From an uncultured virus (IMG/VR IMGVR_UViG_3300024297_000002) (taxonomy: Duplodnaviria > Heunggongvirae > Uroviricota > Caudoviricetes), in IMG/VR virus record IMGVR_UViG_3300024297_000002: a stretch of 57,584 nucleotides of DNA; one strand, given 5' to 3'. The notes below the pieces were generated by a model that was not told the DNA's origin, ran no database searches, and was given only the letters and a program-made list of their open reading frames with translations. How positions within the stretch are numbered: the first letter of the stretch is position 1; every line of letters begins with the position of its first letter. Below, piece after piece: positions 41,843-49,175 of this stretch. The position numbers and the translations under genes were made by a program.

Positions 41843-41871
41843 TTGACACTAACCAAACAATAAATTATAAT
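41843..41871 (+). promoter_or_regulatory. Consensus sigma70 promoter, leaderless into fpr
   Basis: TTGACA-17-TATAAT, ATG 6 nt later. Confidence 0.85.
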
Positions 41872-41877
41872 GAAGAC

Positions 41878-42606
41878 ATGGCAAAAGAAACAGTAACAGA
41901 AGTAATTCACTTAACAGACAATTTATTTTCATTCAAGACTACCAGAGATCCTGGATTTAGGTTTGAAGCAGGACAGTTCACAATGATTGGCCTTGACGGG
42001 ACACCTAAACGTGCATACTCCATGGTGAGTGGACCTTACGATGAATACTTGGAGTTTTTATCTATTGTAGTCGAAGACGGACCATTGACATCAGAACTGG
42101 TCAAAATTAAAGTTGGCGATACAGTCAACGTTGGAAAAAAAGCAGTAGGTACATTGATAACCGATTCATTAACAAAGGGAAAAAATCTTTGGTTGATTGG
42201 AACAGGAACCGGTATTGCGCCTTTTGTTAGCATCTGCCGTGATCCAAAAACATATGTTAAGTTTGAAAACGTGATTGTGTGTCATACTGTGAGAACAAAA
42301 AAAGAACTTGCATACTACGATTACTTCTTTAATCTGACAATGAAAAACATGATACAATATTTTCCAACAGTCACTAGAGATACCGAATGGGTCAACCAAG
42401 GCAGGATCACCAACCTGATCAAAGATCAAAGTGTTTTCCAAAATTTAGAATTACCTGTGTGGACACATCAGAACGATGCTGTCATGCTGTGTGGTTCCAC
42501 AGAATTTAATAAGGAGATGATGGAATACCTAGACCAAGGTGGATGGACAGTGGGCACACTCGGAGAGCCTGCTACCTACGTTTACGAAAAGGCATTTGTA
42601 GGATAG
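41878..42606 (+). CDS. fpr: Ferredoxin/flavodoxin-NADP+ reductase
   Basis: GQF, RAYS, GPLTS, TGTGIAPF, MLCGS, EKAF. Confidence 0.95.
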   Translation: MAKETVTEVIHLTDNLFSFKTTRDPGFRFEAGQFTMIGLDGTPKRAYSMVSGPYDEYLEFLSIVVEDGPLTSELVKIKVGDTVNVGKKAVGTLITDSLTKGKNLWLIGTGTGIAPFVSICRDPKTYVKFENVIVCHTVRTKKELAYYDYFFNLTMKNMIQYFPTVTRDTEWVNQGRITNLIKDQSVFQNLELPVWTHQNDAVMLCGSTEFNKEMMEYLDQGGWTVGTLGEPATYVYEKAFVG

Positions 42607-42623
42607 ATTAAATATTGACATTA

Positions 42624-43580
42624 ATGTCAGAAACCAACAGATACAATCCGCAAAAATTTAGAGGAGATGCTTCCAAGACTTATTGTGCGGCTTTTTACAA
42701 GCACACAAACATTCGTTATGACGGAAATGCATATGCTTGTTGCCGTGGAACTCAGCCTGTCACAAAAGTAGAAGGTGAGTCATCTTCGTTGCTTCATACA
42801 AACGAGTATCAAAATTTAAGAAATAAAACAGAACGAGGAGTCAAGTTAAACGGTTGTTCAAAATGCTATCTAGAAGAAGAACATGGTAAATTTAGTATGC
42901 GTCAGCAATTCAATAAAGAGTTAGGTACTGACAAAGAAGTTAAACTTGAATGGTTAGAAATAGGTTCGATATGGTCAGAAGTAGGAACCCAGGCAGTGAA
43001 GTCTGTTATAAAGATACCCGAAACTGTTAGGAGGATTAGATTCATGGAAAGAGAACCTTTCATGACAGGTACTCACAGAAAAATACTGCAAACAATGAAA
43101 GATCCAAATCTCAGAGAGACATCTATTGAGTATGCAACTAATGGTCAATTTATGCTTACTCCGGATGACCATGCACTGCTGTCTAGAGCCAAGCACGTGG
43201 TAATTGATGTAAGTGTTGATGCATTTGGAGGATTGAACTCTATTGTGAGAGAGGGTGTCGATTGGGAAAAAATAGATATGTTCGTTGACGATATCATGGA
43301 GAACACAAATTACAAAATTGGCATATACACTACCTTACACAACAAAGGATGGAAGAATCTTGATAAACTTGCAAAATGGGTGCGTACTAAGATGAAGGCT
43401 GATAATATGCGTTGTTTTTACTGGCAAATAAATCCCTTAACATACCCGGAGCATCTGTGCATATCACACCTGTCTAGTGATGAGAAAGAGCAGTTAATCA
43501 AGTGGATCGAGGAATACGATACTATGTTCATTAAGAGTTCGAAGCATTACATTAAAAGTATACTTAATATTGGTAAATAA
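42624..43580 (+). CDS. Degenerate twitch-domain radical SAM homolog lacking CxxxCxxC
   Basis: N-terminal C...CC...CSKC, EPF, TNG, SVDA retained; cluster motif absent. Confidence 0.7.
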   Translation: MSETNRYNPQKFRGDASKTYCAAFYKHTNIRYDGNAYACCRGTQPVTKVEGESSSLLHTNEYQNLRNKTERGVKLNGCSKCYLEEEHGKFSMRQQFNKELGTDKEVKLEWLEIGSIWSEVGTQAVKSVIKIPETVRRIRFMEREPFMTGTHRKILQTMKDPNLRETSIEYATNGQFMLTPDDHALLSRAKHVVIDVSVDAFGGLNSIVREGVDWEKIDMFVDDIMENTNYKIGIYTTLHNKGWKNLDKLAKWVRTKMKADNMRCFYWQINPLTYPEHLCISHLSSDEKEQLIKWIEEYDTMFIKSSKHYIKSILNIGK

Positions 43581-43624
43581 ACGTAATACAACTACTAAAG
43601 GGTAGTTAATAAGGAGAAATTAAT

Positions 43625-44098
43625 ATGTTAGTAATTTTAAAATGTACAGCGCCAGCAGAGGCGAGCAGAGAGTGGCCTTCAGCAGTTGCATTTGTAAGAG
43701 GTACACAGGACGCGACTGTAACTACAAATTACAAAGCCGCAATAGCACACACACCAAAAGCATTCAGATCTATTAGATGGATGAAAGCCGACAACAAAAC
43801 TATGATTCATATCATAATTGGAAAACAAGCATGGTGGAACAGTGAGTGGACAAATTATTTCGAACCAACTATCGCGGCAGGTAAACTTGCAGTAGAGAAA
43901 ATGGTAGAAGAGCAAATTGCATTACCAACTACTAATGCCGGAGACATCGATTGGAACAACGTTGCAACTTCAACAGCAGGTGCAGAGATGGAAAAATTGA
44001 TCGAAGGACTTGGTGCTGATTGGAAAGACTCTGATAACGAAGGTGCGTTTGACTGGACACAATTTGAAGAGTGGCCATCTAATTTTCCAACTGCATAA
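43625..44098 (+). CDS. Hypothetical protein, probably highly expressed late
   Basis: TAAATA (43574-43579), leader hairpin AACTAC/GTAGTT, AAGGAG SD. Confidence 0.7.
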   Translation: MLVILKCTAPAEASREWPSAVAFVRGTQDATVTTNYKAAIAHTPKAFRSIRWMKADNKTMIHIIIGKQAWWNSEWTNYFEPTIAAGKLAVEKMVEEQIALPTTNAGDIDWNNVATSTAGAEMEKLIEGLGADWKDSDNEGAFDWTQFEEWPSNFPTA

Positions 44099-44129
44099 TT
44101 TTTAAAACTAATATTCATAGGTATGGGTC

Positions 44130-44324
44130 ATGGGAATACATCACACATACAAATCTCAACGGGGCGAGAGAGCAGAACGTAAACAAGCGAAGCAAGATGC
44201 TTTGCAAAGGAAGTCTAATGCTCGAAAGGCTCGTAAAAAATCAGAGGAACAAAAGGACACTATTGTCGTTCCGGAAAATCAAATTATAACATTAGATTTT
44301 CTAACCAATCCAGAGAATAAGTAA
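44130..44324 (+). CDS. Small basic hypothetical protein
   Basis: 64-aa Lys/Arg-rich ORF. Confidence 0.55.
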   Translation: MGIHHTYKSQRGERAERKQAKQDALQRKSNARKARKKSEEQKDTIVVPENQIITLDFLTNPENK

Positions 44325-44328
44325 CAGT

Positions 44329-44409
44329 ATGAAAACAAAAGATTGTAAAGAATGTGGTTGCACTTGTCCTTGTGACGAAAGTTGTAACTGTCCAGACTGT
44401 TGTAACTAA
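44329..44409 (+). CDS. Cys-rich micro-peptide (metallothionein-like), 26 aa
   Basis: MKTKDCKECGCTCPCDESCNCPDCCN*; 9 Cys; TAAGTA 5 nt upstream. Confidence 0.7.
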   Translation: MKTKDCKECGCTCPCDESCNCPDCCN

Positions 44410-44699
44410 ACCGGATACTTTTTAAGTAACTGATTCCTAATAAACAATTCTATAAATTTTATTGGATCTGTACCTGAGAGTACTGTCTTGTATTTCATTA
44501 TTGCAATCGTTAAGTGTTTTGTTTCTCCGTAAAATTCTAATGTTGCTCTTGAACGCATATGTCTAACTGCTAGAGCATTATTTTCAAATAGATAATTTAT
44601 AAAAGGTGATTCTTTAATCAAAAGTCTCTTGCCTAATTCTGCCGGCAGATTTTCGTTGTGTTTTTTAAGTTGCAGAGTAAAGAATTTTTTCATCGACAT
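44406..44699 (-). CDS. Hypothetical protein
   Basis: Start trimmed to avoid tRNA-Ala. Confidence 0.45.
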   Translation of the reverse strand: MSMKKFFTLQLKKHNENLPAELGKRLLIKESPFINYLFENNALAVRHMRSRATLEFYGETKHLTIAIMKYKTVLSGTDPIKFIELFIRNQLLKKYPV

Positions 44700-44704
44700 A
44701 ATAA

Positions 44705-44780
44705 TGGTGGAGCGAGAGGGAATCGAACCCACGACCTCCTGAATGCAAATCAGGCGTTCTCCCGACTGAACTACCGCCCC
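44705..44780 (-). tRNA. tRNA-Ala(UGC)
   Basis: Cloverleaf, CCTGA-TTTGCAT-TCAGG, G3:U70, encoded CCA. Confidence 0.96.
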
Positions 44781-44803
44781 GTGTATGTATATATTGTGTT
44801 GAC

Positions 44804-44878
44804 TGGTAGTCCCTAGGAGAATCGAACTCCTCTTTGCGAGATGAAAACCCGCTGTCCTAACCGATAGACGAAGGGACC
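44804..44878 (-). tRNA. tRNA-Glu(UUC)
   Basis: GCGGG-TTTTCAT-CTCGC, T-arm AGGAG-TTCGATT-CTCCT, CCA. Confidence 0.94.
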
Positions 44879-44883
44879 ATTAA

Positions 44884-44973
44884 TGGCGGAAGAGGTGAGA
44901 TTCGAACTCACGAATGAATTGCTCCATTGCCGGTTTTCAAGACCGGTGCATTCAACCGCTCTGCCACTCTTCC
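44884..44973 (-). tRNA. tRNA-Ser(UGA)
   Basis: CCGGT-CTTGAAA-ACCGG, long variable arm, GCCA end. Confidence 0.96.
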
Positions 44974-44984
44974 AAGTTGTTCTT

Positions 44985-45018
44985 TACCAAAAATACCAAA
45001 AACACCAAATATACCAAT
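44985..45018. repeat. Four ~9-nt tandem repeats (YACCAAAWA) in the Thr-Ser tRNA spacer
   Basis: taccaaaaa taccaaaaa caccaaata taccaat. Confidence 0.75.
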
Positions 45019-45038
45019 GTGTGTCGTTTAGTGAAATG

Positions 45039-45114
45039 TGGTGCCCCTGGAAGGACTTGAACCTCCAACCTACTGATTACAAATCAGTTGCTCTACCAGT
45101 TGAGCCACAGGGGC
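45039..45114 (-). tRNA. tRNA-Thr(UGU)
   Basis: ACTGA-TTTGTAA-TCAGT, CCA. Confidence 0.96.
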
Positions 45115-45126
45115 AATATGTTTGTT

Positions 45127-45155
45127 ATACTATACTATAAACCTGCGTTTGTCTA
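45127..45155 (-). promoter_or_regulatory. Sigma70-like promoter of the tRNA cluster
   Basis: TAGACA-17-TAGTAT. Confidence 0.6.
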
Positions 45156-45304
45156 CCCTTTAAACGTGCATACAGCAACGTACAGCGGTGGTAACAACGG
45201 GTCTGGAGTAGTTGTATACTAGTCATTATATATGCATATAAAGGTGCGTAAAACACGCATATCTGGTATGTTGACAATGCATAAATATTTTGTATAATAG
45301 CATT

Positions 45305-45490
45305 ATGAGAGATACAAAACTTTTACAAACATATCACGATAAACAAGTTCGTGAAAATAAAGAGAAGCAACTGCAAAGACATCTTCGTAAAGAAGTTGAC
45401 ACGGGTGCAGGTGGTACTCAAAAGTATGTAATCAAAAGCGGAGCCAATAAAGGTAAAATTGCAGAAGGTTTTTCTAAGGATAAGTCTTAG
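45305..45490 (+). CDS. Hypothetical protein
   Basis: TTGACA-16-TATAAT then ATG 6 nt later. Confidence 0.65.
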   Translation: MRDTKLLQTYHDKQVRENKEKQLQRHLRKEVDTGAGGTQKYVIKSGANKGKIAEGFSKDKS

Positions 45491-45495
45491 CAATA

Positions 45496-45726
45496 TTGAT
45501 GGATAATTTTTTAAATTCAAAAAAATTTATTTTACTTTTGGCTTTTTTGCTTTTGTGTGCAGGACTATTTGGTTGTGCAAAACCAACGGCGAAAGTTGAC
45601 GAACAAAAACTTGGTGCCATTGGCAATATGCTTGGATGTATGTTCAATCCTTCACTTTGTGAAAAAGGCAAAGTTCCTAAAGACGATGAAGAGGAATGGA
45701 ACGAAATAACAAAAGAAACTAATTAA
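45496..45726 (+). CDS. Small lipoprotein
   Basis: Hydrophobic signal plus LFGC lipobox. Confidence 0.6.
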   Translation: MMDNFLNSKKFILLLAFLLLCAGLFGCAKPTAKVDEQKLGAIGNMLGCMFNPSLCEKGKVPKDDEEEWNEITKETN

Positions 45727-46037
45727 ATTTCTAGGCGATCAGGTTTAAAGTCTAACCCTTCTAACTCTTTGGGTTTACCTAATGGATATGACGGTTCTAT
45801 GGTAAACTCCTCGCCGGTCTCATCGTTCTTACAACCTGCAAGTAACCAATCCCACTCAAAATCACCTTTGTTAACAAAATCCCAAAGTACATCATAGGTG
45901 CCGTTGTTTCTTGTTTGTAGTAGTAATTCTGCTTTGCATTCTTCCATGGTGTCAAACGACTGACCCATTCTAAATGTTTGCTGTGTTGCTATTGGATCTT
46001 GTGTGATGAGATAAGCAAGTATTAAAATTTTATACAT
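45723..46037 (-). CDS. Small two-Cys hypothetical protein (repeated family)
   Basis: MYKILILAY...FDTMEEC...C. Confidence 0.6.
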   Translation of the reverse strand: MYKILILAYLITQDPIATQQTFRMGQSFDTMEECKAELLLQTRNNGTYDVLWDFVNKGDFEWDWLLAGCKNDETGEEFTIEPSYPLGKPKELEGLDFKPDRLEI

Positions 46038-46038
46038 T

Positions 46039-46254
46039 TTATTTTTTTGTTTTGTGCATATCAAACAAATGTTGACTTGGAGTTTTACCTGTTGCTTCAT
46101 GAACTCCAAAATCTATTGCACTGGATATAGCACTTCGTTGATAGTTGCCTGTCGCGGCTCCTGTAATTGAACTAGTTCCTATACTGCCAATCAAAGGTAG
46201 AGAACAACCTTGTAAAAAAATTACCGCAACTAATGTTGTAATTGCTTTATACAT
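46039..46254 (-). CDS. Small lipoprotein
   Basis: LQGC lipobox. Confidence 0.6.
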   Translation of the reverse strand: MYKAITTLVAVIFLQGCSLPLIGSIGTSSITGAATGNYQRSAISSAIDFGVHEATGKTPSQHLFDMHKTKK

Positions 46255-46257
46255 AAA

Positions 46258-46452
46258 TTATTTTTTTGGTATAAACTTACAATCTTCTTGTGTTGCTTTT
46301 ATACCTTCTTGTTTTGAGTAAACCCAAACGTGTGACCAAATTACTTGATCATCAGTTAACTTACATTTTTTTCCAAATGAAAGTCTGGGGTCTTTAATAG
46401 GTGTACAACCTACAAAAAGCATTAAAGTTATTAAACTTAATATTAATTTCAT
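46258..46452 (-). CDS. Small lipoprotein
   Basis: MKLILSLITLMLFVGC lipobox; TAAATA 5 nt upstream. Confidence 0.6.
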   Translation of the reverse strand: MKLILSLITLMLFVGCTPIKDPRLSFGKKCKLTDDQVIWSHVWVYSKQEGIKATQEDCKFIPKK

Positions 46453-46523
46453 ATACGTATTTATTATACACACACATTTAAATTCTGTCAAGGGGTCTAA
46501 AAATCAGGTAAATACAGTCGTAT

Positions 46524-47096
46524 ATGGAATATTTTGAATTACCACAGTTAAAGGTTAATAGCGAAGAACACATTGATGCTATTGATAAACTAGAGCAGTA
46601 CTTTAGACCAGTATCTCTAAAACCTGAAGGACATCAGGTTGTATATGAGGGTGTATCTGAAGATGCTAATCCAGATGACTGGACGTACTATCAAGATTTG
46701 GATCATGACGCAAACTTTGATTCAAACCCTTTGGTAGAAAAAATATGCCAAGACGCTTGTAAAATTTTAAACTTGCCTCGAAGCAAAGTTGTTAGAAGGC
46801 AGTACACTAAAATGAAACCAGGCTGGTCACTTAATATACATCGTGATGTTGCTAGACAAGTTGCACTACTTGTAGAGTTTGTTGATGCAAAGGGAGATAT
46901 CACGTGGTATAATGATAAACGTGAACCAACTAAAACTTTAGTTTATGGTCCACCGGTTGTTGTTAACACCAGGCAGTTGCATAGTGCAAGGGCAAACGAT
47001 ATCAAAAGATTTGGATTCCAAATTGATTTTGATTATAACATGAACATCGACGAAGTGTACAATGCGTACAAAACTTCGGAGTGGTTCTTAAATTAG
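46524..47096 (+). CDS. 2OG-Fe(II) oxygenase/cupin-like protein
   Basis: PG..L.IHRD, NT...HS, R...Q. Confidence 0.6.
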   Translation: MEYFELPQLKVNSEEHIDAIDKLEQYFRPVSLKPEGHQVVYEGVSEDANPDDWTYYQDLDHDANFDSNPLVEKICQDACKILNLPRSKVVRRQYTKMKPGWSLNIHRDVARQVALLVEFVDAKGDITWYNDKREPTKTLVYGPPVVVNTRQLHSARANDIKRFGFQIDFDYNMNIDEVYNAYKTSEWFLN

Positions 47097-47105
47097 GAGA
47101 AAAAT

Positions 47106-47267
47106 ATGAACTGGTTAAAAGACAGAGCAAAAGAAAGAACTTCAATAGACGGAGCAACATTGATTGTTGTTTGCGGAATTGCATTATTTTTCACTCCACT
47201 AATAAAGATCGCGGCTTGGGCCGGATTGATTTATGGTGCGTGGACAATATGGAAAAAAGAAGACTAA
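47106..47267 (+). CDS. Small two-TM membrane protein, 53 aa (not in ORF track)
   Basis: MNWLKDRAKERTSIDGATLIVVCGIALFF...WTIWKKED*; AGGAG SD. Confidence 0.75.
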   Translation: MNWLKDRAKERTSIDGATLIVVCGIALFFTPLIKIAAWAGLIYGAWTIWKKED

Positions 47268-47302
47268 TAAATTAACCCTAGATTAATAAAGGAGAAACTT
47301 TT

Positions 47303-47557
47303 ATGTGGAAGTGGTTAGAAAAAATTGTTGGTACATACGAGAAGCCTCTTGTATTAACTAACGAAGTTAAACCTAAACGTGCTAGAGGTAAAAAGGGTAG
47401 ATACAAAGCAGACGACAAATCTACTAAAGATATTAACGAAGCATGGGTAGGAGGCAAGGCTCCAAAAAAGAAAAGAGCAGTTAAGAAGAAGCCTAGTAAA
47501 AAAAAAAGAAAAATAAAAAAAGATCCGTATAACGAACCGTGGAACGGTATCGTATAG
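47303..47557 (+). CDS. Basic hypothetical protein
   Basis: AAGGAG SD; KRARGKKGRYKADD..T.D.NEAW. Confidence 0.7.
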   Translation: MWKWLEKIVGTYEKPLVLTNEVKPKRARGKKGRYKADDKSTKDINEAWVGGKAPKKKRAVKKKPSKKKRKIKKDPYNEPWNGIV

Positions 47558-47568
47558 TAGGAATAACA

Positions 47569-47730
47569 ATGAGATTGATTTTGTTGTTCCTACTTGGATT
47601 GACACTTGTAGGTTGTGCTACTGTTAATCAAACATACACTCTTCCTACTGCATACACCTATCCCGAAGAACGCAACGTACTTGTTGCTTGGCCTATTGAA
47701 CCCGTGGATACACAGAACCTCGGCCAATAA
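47569..47730 (+). CDS. Small lipoprotein
   Basis: MRLILLFLLGLTLVGC lipobox. Confidence 0.55.
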   Translation: MRLILLFLLGLTLVGCATVNQTYTLPTAYTYPEERNVLVAWPIEPVDTQNLGQ

Positions 47731-47769
47731 GATACTTTAATAATTTTGTAAATTTTTTGTTAAGATCTA

Positions 47770-47964
47770 CTAATCAAAGTCTGATCTAACAATGTGTTTT
47801 CTCAATGCTCTAACAAGTTCTTCCAACTTATCAATTATACCAATTAAACTTTTATCAGTAATATATGATTGACGTTCACGTAACTTATCGTATTCTCTCA
47901 AAGGTATCGTTACCGTACTGCTTTCGTTTTCGTAAGTTGCATCTTCTGATCTATCATCTGTCAT
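47770..47964 (-). CDS. Hypothetical protein
   Basis: MTDDRSEDATYENE...; TTGACT upstream. Confidence 0.6.
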   Translation of the reverse strand: MTDDRSEDATYENESSTVTIPLREYDKLRERQSYITDKSLIGIIDKLEELVRALRKHIVRSDFD

Positions 47965-48018
47965 AGTATAACTTAACAAGAAAATTGTTATAAGTCAAGT
48001 AATTAATGCGTTATTTTA

Positions 48019-48318
48019 TTAAGGTTTAATTTTTATTTCTAAAATAGCAGGATCTTGATCTAATGTACCGTTGGGTGTGTTCCACTCGAGTTCATCGTCT
48101 TTACGACATTCATATCCTTCTATTGTGATAGCAACGTGCATATTTCCATATTTGTATTTTAAATATTGTTTTAATGATCCTTCTAACATAATTTTGTTGT
48201 TAGGATTTTGTAGATACATTTCGCACTCTGCCATTGTTTCAAACGGTACTGCTGTGAAATTTGTTGTGTCTTTGGCTCCACCTGGAAGCATTAACATCGC
48301 TACAATTAAAAAATACAT
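48019..48318 (-). CDS. Small two-Cys hypothetical protein (repeated family)
   Basis: MYFLIVAML...FETMAEC...YEC. Confidence 0.6.
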   Translation of the reverse strand: MYFLIVAMLMLPGGAKDTTNFTAVPFETMAECEMYLQNPNNKIMLEGSLKQYLKYKYGNMHVAITIEGYECRKDDELEWNTPNGTLDQDPAILEIKIKP

Positions 48319-48348
48319 GATAATCTTATTTACGATAAAAGTCTAAAT

Positions 48349-48951
48349 TTAGGCTTTATTATCTTCTTCTCTGCTATGCACAATTTTGTCTGCTAATCCG
48401 TAAGCAATAGATTCTTCGGAAGTCATGAACTTGTCTCGTTCCATGTCTGCTTTAAGTTTGTCTAATGTTTGTCCTGTGTGCTTCTCGTAAATTTTTGTAA
48501 GTTCATCTTTCCATCTTAATAATTCTTTTGCTTGGATTTCAACATCTGTTGCTTGTCCTCTTGCACCACCTAACGGTTGGTGTATCATGTGTCTTGAGTG
48601 AGGTAACATCATACGTTTACCTTTAGTTCCTGCTGAAGCCAACAACGATCCCATAGAACAGGCTTGTCCAATTACAATAGTTTGTATATCAGATTTAACA
48701 TATTGCATGGTGTCGTATATGGCCATACCAGCAGTAACTAATCCGCCAGGGGAGTTTATGTATAAAACTATATCTTTGCCAGGTGCTTGTGATTCTAAGA
48801 ATAACAACTGAGCACATAACACAGAAGCGGTATGTTCACCAATTGGTCCTTCTAACATAATAATTCTGTCTTTAAGTAAACGAGAAAAGATGTCATAACT
48901 TCTTTCGCCTTTGCTTGTTTGCTCTATTACAATTGGTACTAGTGAACTCAT
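48349..48951 (-). CDS. clpP: ATP-dependent Clp protease proteolytic subunit
   Basis: [42 protein letters not shown]-17-TATTAT 6 nt before ATG. Confidence 0.97.
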   Translation of the reverse strand: MSSLVPIVIEQTSKGERSYDIFSRLLKDRIIMLEGPIGEHTASVLCAQLLFLESQAPGKDIVLYINSPGGLVTAGMAIYDTMQYVKSDIQTIVIGQACSMGSLLASAGTKGKRMMLPHSRHMIHQPLGGARGQATDVEIQAKELLRWKDELTKIYEKHTGQTLDKLKADMERDKFMTSEESIAYGLADKIVHSREEDNKA

Positions 48952-49001
48952 ACTCATATAATAATACATTTCCTTTCGAATGTCAACCTTGTTTACTTTT
49001 T

Positions 49002-49046
49002 GCAGGTGGGTGGTGTATTGGCACCACCCTTCCAATATTAACCTGC
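49002..49046 (-). ncRNA. Structured 45-nt element (minihelix/pseudoknot-like) directly after the tRNA-like RNA
   Basis: GCAGGT/ACCTGC outer stem, GGGTGGTG/CACCACCC hairpin, loop CCAATA complementary to upstream TATTGG. Confidence 0.55.
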
Positions 49047-49136
49047 TGGTACGGTTTACAGGATTTGAACCTGTATAAAAATAGATGAACTATTGCGTCT
49101 AACCCTCATGAGTCTCCCCACTTCCGCCAAAACCGC
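49047..49136 (-). ncRNA. Non-canonical tRNA-like RNA (expanded D-loop, 5-nt anticodon loop)
   Basis: Acceptor GCGGTTT/AAACCGT + ACCA; T-arm ACAGG-TTCAAAT-CCTGT; Leu-like GCG/CGC D-stem. Confidence 0.75.
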
Positions 49137-49143
49137 AATTATT

Positions 49144-49172
49144 ATTATAGATGAATTGTATTAACTTTGCAA
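49144..49172 (-). promoter_or_regulatory. Sigma70 promoter of the tRNA-like RNA
   Basis: TTGCAA-17-TATAAT, 7 nt before G1. Confidence 0.75.
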
Positions 49173-49175
49173 GAG

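Noticed and set aside
44883..45140. 85-aa ORF from the track
   Set aside because: Antisense shadow of tRNA-Ser and tRNA-Thr
47081..47275. 64-aa ORF from the track
   Set aside because: The alternative frame 47106..47267 has an SD and a coherent membrane protein
48952..49035. N-terminal extension of ClpP
   Set aside because: Covers the clpP promoter and the structured RNA; ClpP homology starts at MSSLVP
49047..49136. tRNA-Sec/opal suppressor (UCA) or tmRNA
   Set aside because: Placing UCA at 34-36 breaks the D-stem; no Sec-type long acceptor or variable arm; no G3:U70 or tag ORF for tmRNA
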